Shown here: positions 1-13,094 of the stretch, piece after piece
How the letters are laid out: the number at the start of each line of letters is the position of its first letter
Numbering within the stretch: position 1 is the stretch's first letter
Assembly: GCA_964016885.1 (NCBI GenBank)
Contig: OZ024741.1
Coordinates: 227,974,001 to 228,038,000 of the forward strand
Direction: 5' to 3'
DNA from: Eledone cirrhosa
Taxonomy: Eukaryota
DNA: 64,000 nucleotides
Translations under genes and position numbers: made by a program
The notes under the pieces: generated by a model
Databases searched by the model: none
Seen by the model: the letters and a program-made list of their open reading frames with translations, nothing else
What the model was told of the DNA's origin: nothing

Positions 1-404
1 TCAAACAAGTATATTACTAGACATAAATAAAAAGAAAAACAAGCATAAACACCAACACAGATATACACGCACGCACAGACACAAGCACATATACACACAC
101 GCACACAAACACACACATACACACACACGCACACAAACACACACATACACACACACAACGCGCGCGCACAGGAACACACATACACACGCACTAACACATG
201 AATAAAAAGAATTATCCGTTTTCTTTTCTTTCTCTCGTCTAGGTTTCAACTACTTCTCTCATTCTTCCGTTGAAGGAATTACGTCCGAAACATTGAGACA
301 TTCTTCCTACTATATCAAACGTTAAAATAATATAAATCATGTATCGTATTGTTTCCCGTGTTGCCTTTACTTGTTGATTTTTCTCATATCTACATATACA
401 TGCA

Positions 405-690
405 TACATAAATATATATATATGGAAGATCCTGAAAGATCCTGGAAGAGCTAGCACCAAACTTCGGCACTGAAAGCTGGATCAACCCGCGTGTAGAGCC
501 ACAAGCCTTAACATCAAGAATAAAGATCAGGTACTGCAATAACCTGCGATTCAAAAGCCGCCAGATCTTTAATAACCTGCCAAAATATCTGAGGAATCTA
601 CTTGGTGCATGTAGATGCTTTCAAGAAACAGCTCGAAATTCTACTAACCACGATCCCTGATGAACGCACAGTACGAGGCCAAGTACAAAT
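405..690 (+). mobile_element. Decayed CR1-type LINE ORF2 C-terminal fragment
   Basis: Broken translation YIWKIL...PNFG...RYCNNLRFKSRQIFNNLPKYLRNL...AFKKQLEILLTTIPDE resembles the C-terminus of invertebrate CR1 ORF2; frameshifted. Confidence 0.6.
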
Positions 691-920
691 AAACTAATTC
701 ATATATATATATACTTGTATGTATGTGTATGTGTGTACGTTTGTGTGTGTATGTGTGTTTGTGTGTGTGTGAAGGAATGCCATGGGTTCGTATCTCGTCA
801 TAGAAATTATATGGGTAAGGTACTGATATACAGTATGCCCTCTAAAGAGGGAGTAGTGTGAGAAAGTAGAAGAATCAACCCTAGTACTGGAATTGTACTG
901 GAGGTACATAAAATTGTATT

Positions 921-1082
921 GGAGGTCATTGGTTGATGGATTTAAAGAAAAGGGAGTTTATTAAAAGCTAACTCTTTAAAGATATAATTTATATTACTGC
1001 CTTTGTTAATATAAATTATAGCTTTAAAGAATTAGCTTTTAATAAACTCCCTTTTCTTTAAATCCATCAACCAATGACCTCC
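921..1082. repeat. Long imperfect palindrome (~75-bp arms)
   Basis: ggaggtcattggttgatggatttaaagaaaagggag... is mirrored by ...ctcccttttctttaaatccatcaaccaatgacctcc. Confidence 0.9.
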
Positions 1083-1218
1083 ACCCGTCCCAATCCCCAC
1101 CCTCTCCTACCACCAGAGAAGATATAAATACCACCACATTTACTTGGACAGTCAGCTTCCTAATGATTTCTCACGAATGAAATAGTTCTAGTCCTGTAAA
1201 AGCTTTTCTATATTAATA

Positions 1219-1297
<79 letters not shown>

Positions 1298-1407
1298 GAA
1301 ATGAGTAGAAAGAGTTTAAAACCGTGAAAACATGTTTATATAATTGTGCACCTACGTACGTTTTGTACCATTGTCTTCTCTCTCTCGATACCTAATCATT
1401 CTATATA

Positions 1408-1450
<43 letters not shown>

Positions 1451-1664
1451 CTCTGAAGTTCCAATCTTTTGATCAACGAAACCGTCGGTCACGTCATTAG
1501 AAGAGGTGAATATTTAAATCGTATTTTAATTTATTTGAAAGATTGTTTAATGTTTGCTTCTTCCGCTCATATATAGTCCTGTAGAAGCTTTTCTATATTA
1601 AAACATTTATACTCTGCTATGTATTGAGTACCTTACTTAGTGTGGTTACCATCGATTGAACCCG

Positions 1665-1782
<118 letters not shown>

Positions 1783-1819
1783 GTATGTATATATATATAT
1801 GTATGTATGTATGAATGTA

Positions 1820-1854
<35 letters not shown>

Positions 1855-2395
1855 AGTAAGTTATGCGCCCAAAAAATAATGAATGTATTGATAAAACCAA
1901 GGGAAATAAAATCAAGAATAACAGCAACAGGACAACCACTACTGCCGCCAACACCAGCATCAGTACTGACACTACCATTAACAGCGACATGTGGAAAGAT
2001 GCGTGGAATGATGAAAAAAATCAATATGTGATGATGGTCAGGCAATGTTTTCTGCGATAAATCTCTCGATCTTGTGCAGTTATCGATTCTCTCCCCTTCC
2101 TTACTCTTCTCCTCCACCGCCGCCTCTTCCTACTGATAGATAAACGTCAGATACGCCATTGATTAGTGAGTGTAAATGAATATATGTTGACGTCAATACA
2201 TCTCTTTAGGCGTTACAATTGCTGCTGCACTGATGACGTCACACTAACAACGTCACTTCACTACAGTTTTGCTTCCCCTTCCCACTTCTAGCACCCCCCC
2301 CCCCACTAAATCATTGCATTTTATGTAAGAGAAAAAACGTTTTTCATCCACCCTGCTGTAGTATGTTCGATCAACCATCTCCACACTTACACTCA

Positions 2396-3585
<1,190 letters not shown>

Positions 3586-3589
<4 letters not shown>

Positions 3590-4198
3590 AGGTCACCAGT
3601 TGGTGCTACTGGTAACATGTATCCCAGTACAACCTGTCTCATGGTCGGGTCGTTGGCGACTAAACTGGCAGCCCCACCAAGGTTTCTTGGTGAGGAGGGT
3701 GACTTTGGATATCCTGCAGGACTAAAAACAAAACCTGTCAAAGGGCAAAGGACCTCTTAAGAGTCAATGGCCATCCAAAATCACCGGGAGAGATGACCCC
3801 TTAGCCTTTGTCAAGGCAGAATTCTAGGAGAAGGAAAACTCTGATATAACACCCGCAACTCTGAAGGTATCCAATGATATTGACTTGTTCTTCTTTTTGG
3901 TAAATATCATCTTGGTTAAGAGAGTGGGACTGGCTTTGTGCAGTGCCTTTGCTCACTATAAAAGCTTCACGGCACAGGCATTGCTTTATATCTGGAGATC
4001 TCTCTGCCTTTGTCGTCACATGGTACCAAGGGCCCAGCACTATGTGTCAATAATTGTTACAAGTGTAGTGTTTGTACCAGAGTTTTCAAGTCGCTGGCTG
4101 GACTAAAAAGTCACACTCGTTCAGCGCATCGGTAAGAGTTCTCCTACATGGATATAAAGTAGTGGCCGTACTCGAAAACGAGTTGGCAGCCACCACCA
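3586..4198 (+). mobile_element. Bipartite non-autonomous RTE-derived retroelement (family A), longest copy
   Basis: RTE-like 5' UTR motif (ctaggagaaggaaaactctga) joined to a C-terminal C2H2 finger (CSVCTRVFKSLAGLKSHTRSAHR*) and a short 3' tail; flanked by TA/TATG repeats; further copies elsewhere in the window. Confidence 0.7.
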
Positions 4199-4235
4199 TA
4201 TATATATATGGTGGTGGCTGCCAACTCGTTTTCGA

Positions 4236-4279
<44 letters not shown>

Positions 4280-4521
4280 GTATGTATGAATGTTTACATT
4301 TGTATGTGTATGTAATATTATATTGTATTTGCAAGGTGTCTTACGAGCAAAGTATTATAAAGAACAAACTCGAGTAAACCATATCCAATACATAATACTT
4401 TACGATAAAACCGCAGCATTTTAATAAAATCTTTGCTGAAATATCGTCGGAGGACAAGCGCTTTTTGGCAGGAAACGTATTAAAGTAATGAGAAAAAAAA
4501 TAGGAAGACATTAACTCCACC

Positions 4522-4552
<31 letters not shown>

Positions 4553-4557
4553 TTGAT

Positions 4558-4946
4558 AATTGGTTCTACATTTGGCACAATGCCAGCAATTACCCAGTAC
4601 ATTACTGGTACTTTATTTTATCGACCTCGTAAGGATGAAAGGCAAAGTTAACCTCGGCGGGATTTGAACTCAGATCGTAAAGGGACGTAACTATGCTGGA
4701 AAGCATGGACCTTCGACTCTCTACTTATACTGCCAATCCACCGCCACTACTACTATTAATAATTGGTTCTACATTTGGCACAAGGCCAGTAATTAACCAG
4801 TACATTACTGGTACTTTATTTTATCGACCCCGTAAGGATGAAAGGCAAAGTTAACCTCGGCGGGATTTGATCTCAGAATGACAAGGGCGGTAACTCTATG
4901 CGTCAAAGCATGGTGTCCGACCCTCTACCGATAATGCCAATCCACC

Positions 4947-4950
<4 letters not shown>
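4558..4950 (-). mobile_element. Two tandem tRNA-derived SINEs (octopus OK-like family)
   Basis: A-box-like TGGCAGTAT/TGGCATTATCGG, B-box GAGTTCAAATCC, conserved core GCCTTTCATCCTTACG(A/G)GGTCGATAAAATAAAGTACCAG and an AT-rich tail. Confidence 0.85.
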
Positions 4951-4998
<48 letters not shown>

Positions 4999-5003
<5 letters not shown>

Positions 5004-5432
5004 ATACTTTGGGAGGGTCATGTTGCCAATAAGAAACATACGCACCCTAGCTTTCACTCCAATTTATTATAAATTAAATTCATAAATCTAAGAATTTATA
5101 AATTTCCGGTTGGTTGGTTGGTTCCACAACAGGACGGTTGTTCATATATTGTCAAAGTTCTTTCGTCACACGTTCTGTGACCGCTTCAGTGACTGGGGAT
5201 TATTTTCTTTATTTTGTGCCTCACCTTTGTTCTGTCCTACGCCATCTTATTTTTGTGTGTGACAACACACACAAAAACAAGATGGCGTAGGACAGAACAA
5301 GAGCAAGATGATGTATGACAGAACAAAGGAGAGACACAAGATAACAAATCAGTCACTGAGGAGGTCACATAATGTGTGACGAAAGAGCTTTGAAAAAATA
5401 TAAACAGCCATCCGGTTACTGAACCAATCAAC
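4999..5432. mobile_element. Inverted pair of Penelope-like terminal repeats (pLTR family B)
   Basis: Left arm matches 43682-43940, the sequence directly 3' of the Penelope ORF; the right arm is a diverged reverse complement. Confidence 0.8.
5352..5394 (+). ncRNA. Minimal type I hammerhead ribozyme-like motif (pLTR family B)
   Basis: gtca-CTGAGGA-g-GTCACA-taatg-TGTGAC-GAAA-gagctt-tga; a copy with a mutated core (CTGAAGC) lies on the - strand at 5151-5193. Confidence 0.55.
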
Positions 5433-5449
5433 AATATATATATGAAAAG

Positions 5450-5650
5450 ATTCAGGAACCCGACGGTTGAGCTCCCGCCGTTTCGACGGCTAGATCCGAA
5501 CGGATCTGTTCGGATCTAACTGTCGAAACAGCCGTCGAGCTCCTGAATATATATTTATTTGGTTCCTTTACCGGTTTCGAACTTCTTGTGCTTCTACTTT
5601 TGAAAAGCACAAGAACTGCGAAACCGGTAAAGGAACCACGTAAATATATA
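5450..5650. repeat. Two abutting palindromes carrying hammerhead 3' halves
   Basis: 5450-5548 (tcGAAAcagccgtc family) and 5549-5650 (gcGAAAccggTAaaggaacc; helix III palindrome ACCGGT). Confidence 0.75.
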
Positions 5651-5768
5651 TTTTGTTAAAAAGACTCCAGTTGCGTTTTCGATTTCATCTTTTTTCCTTA
5701 TACTTTCACTCATGTAGGACATTTCCTTTTTTTTCATTTTGTAAAAAAACCTCACTTTCTAATATATT

Positions 5769-5800
<32 letters not shown>

Positions 5801-6606
5801 TATATATGATCTTCGGAAACAGTTCCCCAAGATCTGATCGAGCTAACATCGTATTTAAAATTGAGTGGCACTGTTTCTAGTGTTCAGCAGTTTTTAGACA
5901 TCTTTATCAGTGAAACAATTGTTAGACTGTAAATAAAATCCATTTGTTGTACTGTTGACCATTTTATTCTCCACATTTTCAATTTTATTACTCCAAGATA
6001 AACTTACATAGGAATATAAGTGAAATTATAAAACTATCCATAATAAGAAGTATTCACAACCTATATCTGGATTACCTATATCGATATATTGTTATCTTTT
6101 ATACATATATATATATATACATATATGTGTGTGTGTGTAAAAAGAGAAAGAGAGAGAGGTATATAGATAGATAGATAATATGCATCATAGAGTTTATGAG
6201 ATCGTTAATATGTGAATGAGAAAAAACTTTGTGTGGAGATTATGTATGTGAATTAGTTCTTCCTAACGAGAGAGAGAATGAGAAAGGTATACATACACAC
6301 AGACACAGACAAACACACACATACACACACGCATACACACATACACATATATATATATATGTATATATATATATATGTACATTTATATATATATATATGC
6401 ATACATATATATATGTATATATCTATCTATATATATATATATATACACACACACTCATTTCTGATGATTTCTAAAGAATGAAACAGTTCTAGTCCTGTAG
6501 AATCTCATATATATATGTATATGTATATGTATATATATATATATATACATAGAATTAGCCGTCGAAACGGCTTGAGCTCAGCTGTCGGGGTCTTACTGGT
6601 TCCTAT

Positions 6607-6721
<115 letters not shown>

Positions 6722-7393
6722 ATATGAGACATAGAGAGAGGGGGTGGGGGGAATACAGTGGAAAAGGGGGAGAATGTAAGATTTAAAAAATAGAGAGTGG
6801 GGGAGGTTAAAATCGAGAGAAAGAGAGATATTAATTGATATACATAACGAATACGGAGACTAAGTTTCAACACTACAGCACATCTGATCGATACTAAATC
6901 AATAAGATAAACCGTTAAAGGGAAACATGAAGTGTTTATTGGAAATACATATATGAATATATTATGGAGAGTACTGGGGGAAAGAGGCACTTAGAGGAAT
7001 CTACAATTCGGGTTTCATTCCCTAGCTATTGGTAATTCGTTGATAAATGTGAAGTCTTTGCAATTCTAACTATATTTCTAACTATATTTTATTCAGTTAG
7101 GATCTAGCTGTCGAAACAGCCAGAGCTTAGCCGTCGGGGTCCTGACTCTTTTCCTATAACTATATTTTATCTACAAATGTTCATAAGTGTGCCGAGCCCA
7201 AAATAGACCTTTCTACATAGTTCGTGAAAGCACGTGGCTTAGTGGTTAGAGAGTTGAATATAAGGCACTCTAAAACGTATTTCCTTATGGTTGTTTGATG
7301 ATCCAACTAGGTCCGAAAATCGATTAATGGTGTTTCATATTCTCTCAATTTACAGGGAAATACATATATTTGGCATGTTTACATTTATTTGCG

Positions 7394-7512
7394 AAGGCGC
7401 ATGGCTTAGTGTTTAGAGAGTTGGATTCGCAATCGTGAGGTTGCGAGTTCAATTCTCGGACCGGGTGGGGCGTTGTGTCCATGAGCAAGACCCTTTATTT
7501 CACGTTGCTATA
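7394..7512 (+). mobile_element. tRNA-derived CORE-type SINE (octopus OR-like)
   Basis: ggcgcatggcttagtgtttagag...gagttcaattc followed by CORE-like gcgttgtgtccatgagcaagacc; related copies at 10565-10835 (-) and 52535-52670 (+). Confidence 0.75.
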
Positions 7513-7827
7513 TTTGCCAGGAGTTACGACCGGTAGATTGTATCAAAAATTGAAAGACCAATGGAAACATTTGATTTGACGAGGTCCACTCCCCTCGGCG
7601 AGCGAATGAGGTTTGTGATCTTGTCCATCGTTCAGAGCCAACATAGTCAGTCGACTACCATTCTTAGTTCAAATCCTGTTGAATTAGATTTACACTTCAT
7701 CCGTTCGTGGTCGATGAGATAAAGTGTATATAGATTGATCACATTGATTCCAGTCCTCACTCAAATATATGCCCTTCTGCAGACTAGAAATCATTTATTT
7801 TCCTTTCTTCAATTTGTTACATCACTG

Positions 7828-7872
<45 letters not shown>

Positions 7873-7978
7873 TGTGGAAATATGGTCAATATTGGGTCTT
7901 GAAACCTTAGGCAGTGCTTTTGTTCCGTGTATGAACATAAATAAATACTATAATATAATATAATACACACACACACAA

Positions 7979-8014
<36 letters not shown>

Positions 8015-8127
8015 GCGTTTGTGTGTGCATGTGCGTATATATATACTGAGTAAGTCAAAAATTATCCACACTTTCGCCATAACAAATCTCTAGGTTTGTC
8101 ACACAACCTTCTGCTCAAGCGTGTTTA

Positions 8128-8695
8128 TAGATACAAAGCATATGCACATGAACACATATAACTCAAAACATACACATCACACATAAAAAAAATAACATTC
8201 ATACCTGTATACACACGCATGCATTCAGGCATGCATACATATCAACCAAGTTGATGTCTAAATTCCAATGAAAGAGTCTTGTGTCTATGTTAGATAACGA
8301 TTCTCTCTCTATTGGTAAAAAATTATAAAATTACAAAACCAGAAAAACATACATAGTTAGGAAATGACAAGTACAATCCATTAATGGAACAGTATAAATA
8401 TGTAAAACATTCCAAAGATTCTGCATTTAATAACTGCATATACACATGTAGAGATACAAAGCATATGCACATGCACACATACAACTCAAAACATACACAT
8501 ACACACATACAATAACATCGATACCTGCACAAACATGCATGCATACAGACATGCATACATATCTACCTAGTTAATGTTGTCTAAATTCCAATGAGAGAGT
8601 CTTGTATCTATGTTAGAAACCGACTCTCTCTCTCTATTGGCAAAAATTCGTGAAATTATAAAACCAGAAGAACATACATACATAGATACATGCAT
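8128..8695. repeat. ~323-bp degenerate tandem duplication containing two copies of a ~90-bp TATG-associated element (family C)
   Basis: gatacaaagcatatgcacatg... recurs at ~8130 and ~8453; family C also occurs at 33340-33423 and 37783-37870. Confidence 0.75.
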
Positions 8696-8697
8696 AC

Positions 8698-9060
8698 ATG
8701 GTGGCTGCCAACTCGTTTTCGAGTACGGCCACTACTTTATATGCATGTAGGAGAACCCCTACCGAACCCCTACGAGTGTGACTTTTTAGTCCAGCCATTG
8801 ACTTGAAAACTCTGGTACAAACACTACGCTTGTGACAATTATTGACACATAGTGCTGGGCCCATGGTACCATGTGACGACAAGTAAAGGAAGATCTCCAG
8901 ATATAAAGCAATGCCTGTGCCGTGAAGCTTTTATAGTGAGCAAAGGCACTGCACAAAGCCAGTCCCACTCTCTTAACCAAGATGATATTTACCAAAAAGA
9001 AGAACAAGTCAACATCATTGGATATCATCAGGGTTGCAGGTGTTAAATCAGAGTTTTCCT
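8698..9060 (-). mobile_element. Family A RTE-derived element, 5'-truncated
   Basis: Reverse complement of ~3830-4195. Confidence 0.8.
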
Positions 9061-9097
9061 ATGCATACATAGATACATACATACATAAACATACAAG

Positions 9098-9632
9098 ATG
9101 GCTTCCCCCTCGTTATCGAGTATGGCCATTGCACGATATACGATTATTAATAATTATTAATTAATTCTATCGTGCAATGCCTGGGCGTGAAGATATTTTT
9201 TAAAGTGAGGAAATACTGTGCACTGAGCCAATCCCACTCTCTGAGCGACAGTAGCTATAACCAGAAAAGAAGAAAAGATCAACATCATCGGTAACTACTG
9301 AGCCGCAGGTTTTATATCGGAGTTATCCCAATTTCCTGAGTTGCCTTCTCCTAGAAGAATGCCCTAACAAAGACTAGGGGTCCTTCACTCCCAGTGGTTT
9401 AACCGCGCGGTATATGTGTATATACATATTTACACACTTTCGGATGGCCGTTGACTCTTATGAGTTCTTCCGCCCTTTGTCAGGTTTTGTTTTTTGTCCT
9501 ACAGGGTGTCCAAAATCTCCCTCTTCACCAAGTAAACTTGGTGGGGTTGCCGGTTTAGTCTCCGACGACCCGACCATGCGTCAGATTGTACTGGGTTACA
9601 TGTTACCAGTACCACTCAAGAGAGACCCGACA
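9098..9632 (-). mobile_element. Family A' bipartite RTE-derived element (diverged sister family)
   Basis: Homologous 5' UTR and tail but a different internal junction with no zinc finger; second copy at 27235-27594. Confidence 0.7.
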
Positions 9633-10835
9633 TAACATACATACATACATTCGTGTATATGTTTTTCAACCATGAAATATCCTTCAGACGCTAACAAGCA
9701 GAATTTCCTTGTAAATATATGGTAATTGAAAAACCTGAAAAGATACATACCCTGATCGGTTAGATGAAGCACATGCAGGTTCTGTACTAGAGAGAGATCC
9801 CACATATTGAACTAAAAAGATTATGTAGCTGCCTTAACACTTGGAAGTTTATCCTTGAACACTGGAATATCACGTCCAACACGGGATAACACACACATTC
9901 ACATATGCTCAATACTTGTAATACACATACAAAGTATAAATTGATACAATATGTCAGCACATCTAACAATAATATATCCTCTATTTCTGTAGCGTTTCAG
10001 AAATCCCAAGCCTCTTTGGGAAAGACATTTCCATACATCTCGTAAGGAACGCACGAAACACTTCCCTTGAAACAACCACTCTCCACCTAAATATTTCTTT
10101 TATTTAAATATATGCAGCACGCAACATTAACCTACTTATGCAACGAATATTCACCACATTAGTACAGTTTACAAATATATTCATAAACATATATTACATA
10201 TATTACTTTCTTTTCATTAACGTACTTCTGAGGGGAAACAGCATATAAAATGTACAGTCACTAATTTAAGACAAATTTATCTTCTCATCCATAATTTTCT
10301 ATCAAAGTGGGAGTCACTCAAATCCGAATATCTACTGAATTACGATTCTTTCTACAAGAACTCGGCCCATATCTTGTTTACTTTAAACTTCCTGTACGCA
10401 GACATTTTTTTTCCAAATTCGTATAGCAAAAGCCTATAGGTACTATATAAACGCGCGCACACACACATGTATATCTTTATGCACATACATACATACATGC
10501 ACATACATACATGCATGCACATACATACATACAGGCAGAAAGACATGCCTACCTAAATACATAAGACCCGCGTCGGTCACAAATAACAATAGGATTTGAA
10601 CCTAGAAAGCTCCCCTCTGAGGCACGAGTCCAGGCAAGGTTGTTTGTTGGAGACCATCCCGGTCTCCTCTCTCCACGCCACCAATGTTGTCCAAGGGAAA
10701 GGCAAAATTCGATACAACTTAGCACCAGTGACGTCACAACTCATTTCTACAGCTGGGTGGACTGGAGCAGCGTGAAATAATGTGTTTTATTCAAGAACAC
10801 AACGCGCAGCCGGGTCCGAGTATCGAACTCATAAC

Positions 10836-11268
10836 CTACACTTGTGACAATTATTGACACATAGTGCTGGGCCCATGGTACCATGTGACGACAAGTGCAG
10901 AGAGATTTACAGATATAAAGCAATGCCTGTGCCGTGAAGATTTTATAGTGAGCAAAGGCACTGCACAAAGCCAGTCCCACTCTCTTAACCAATATGATAT
11001 TTACCAAAAAGAAGAACAAGTCAACATCATTGGATACCATCAGGGTTGCAGGTGTTATATCAGAGTTTTCCTTCTCCTAGAATTCTGCCTTGACAAAGGC
11101 TAAGGGGTCATCTCTCCCGGTGATTTTGGATGGCCATTGACTCTTAAGAGGTCCTTTGCCCTTTGACAGGTTTTGATTTTAGTGCTGCAGGATGTCCACC
11201 AAGAAACCTTCGTGGAGTTGCCAGTTTAGTCGCCAACGACCCGACCATGAGACAAGTAGTACTGGGAT
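10836..11268 (-). mobile_element. Family A RTE-derived element (partial)
   Basis: Reverse complement of ~3617-4070 with a small internal deletion. Confidence 0.8.
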
Positions 11269-11351
11269 ACATACATACATACATACATACATACATACAT
11301 ACATACATACATACATACATACATACATACATACATACATACATACATACA

Positions 11352-13079
11352 TCTTTCAGGGTGATAGCTTGTCAGTGCTACTCTTCGTTCTCTCACTGAA
11401 TCCACTATCTTACCTACTCAGGAAACAAGGTGCACAAAGAAGTGAGCCCAGAAGTATCTCCCATCTTTTCTTTGTTGATGACTTGAAGTTGTATGGGCCA
11501 AATATCAATGACATCAAGAAACAATTGGACCTCATTACACAATTTTCAACCGACATCAAATTGAAATTTGGTGAGTCCAAGTCTGCATATTTGGCAGTAA
11601 AACGTGGAAGAGCTGTGCCCTCCTCTAGAAATCTAGAGATCAACGGCCTGACAATACAACCTCTGCAGTCAGGTGACAACTACAGATATCTTGGACAGGA
11701 TGAGAATGTCAGATATGATGGACCCATAAATAAGGAGAGAACCAGAACTGAATACCTCAGAAGAGTAAAGAAAATATGGTCATCAGAACTGTCAGCATAC
11801 AACAAATACATTGCCACAATACTTATGCTGTGCCAATTCTAATGCCAACATTTGGGCTGCTGAACTGGTCATTGCAAGAACTAAGTGAGATGGATGTTAT
11901 AACTCGAAAACTTCTCAGTGTTACTGGGAACTTAACATCAATGGTGATGTGGATAGGCTATACTTCTCACGCAAGGAAGGTGGCCGGTGTCTAAAATCAA
12001 TATTAACAACATATGAGACCCGGATAGTAACACTGAAGCAACTCCTTCAACAGAGGAAAAAGGTTGGCAACCATCTTGCCCAGGTTTATGAGCATGAAAA
12101 AAAAAATATCATTAGAATAGCGACTGATCTGGAGGAGAGATATGGAATAAAGCCTGGTATAAATCTCTCACCCAGAGAAATCGGAAGATCCTATTCAATG
12201 TTCAAACAAGATTAAAAAATTGACCAATTTACAGAAAAAGTTGTGCATGGATACTTGAGGCGTAAAACACAGACCATAGAGGGGATAAACCACTCAAAAA
12301 GCCTGGCATGGAGTTCCGACAAGTTTATGACATCACACCTTGAGGGATATCTCTATGCAATACAGGAACAAGAACTCCCTACCAAATATCTGCTGCACAA
12401 AAGAGGAGGGACAGCAGCTGACAATAAATGTAGGCTATGTAAAGCAAAGATCGAGGATGTAAGCCACATTGTTGCCAGCTGCGAAAGAATGTCATTTCGC
12501 TACTACCTCCCCATGAGACACGATGGGATAGCTAGAATCATCTTCAACGCACTTCGGAAAACAAAATTAACAACAAACGAGGAGGAATATATTGAGACAG
12601 ATGGCACTAAGGAATACTGGTGGAACCTGAAAATAAAAACTGCCACCAAATTAAAGCACAACCGGCCTGATATTGTTGTTTGGGACCACACATTGAAAAC
12701 GTGTTCTGTTGTGGAGATCAGCTGCCCACTTGATGTAAACGTTGTCAGAAAAATACAGGAGAAGGAGGATATCTACGGACCATTGATGAGGAGTTTAAAA
12801 ATCCAGTATCCAAGATACACCTTTAGCTTCATACCCATCATTATTGGAGCTAGGGGTTATATACCAACCCGCTTAGACCAAAGTATGACTGAACTTGGAT
12901 TTGCGGGCAAAAAGCGCAGCTTCCTAATTCATAGTCTACAAATGGCTGCAATAGTTGGCACCTTCAAAATTTGCAAAACATTCTTGCGATTCAAGGGATG
13001 ACAATTTCTTTTCTTTTACAACCTTGCCACCAGGAAGGTGGTCGGTCAAAAAAATATACTCGAAATTAAGAGAAAGAGA
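11352..13079 (+). mobile_element. 5'-truncated R4/Dong-like non-LTR retrotransposon (RT + CCHC + restriction-like endonuclease), pseudogenised
   Basis: [51 protein letters not shown]...VVEISCP...KEDIY. Frameshifts near 11820 and 11935 and a stop at 12213. Flanked on both sides by (TACA)n. Confidence 0.88.
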
Positions 13080-13094
13080 TACATACATACATAC

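Noticed and set aside
3586-3680. Possible HDV-like ribozyme at the 5' end of the RTE-derived family
   Set aside because: Hairpins and a CTAA are present, but P1/P3/L3 could not be built and the pairing is not kept in family A'.
6461-6505. CTGATGA-tttctaaagaat-GAAAcagttctagtc motif (related copies ~1160-1200 and ~49240-49280)
   Set aside because: The core looks real but I could not establish stem I or the cleavage triplet, so it was not counted as a ribozyme.
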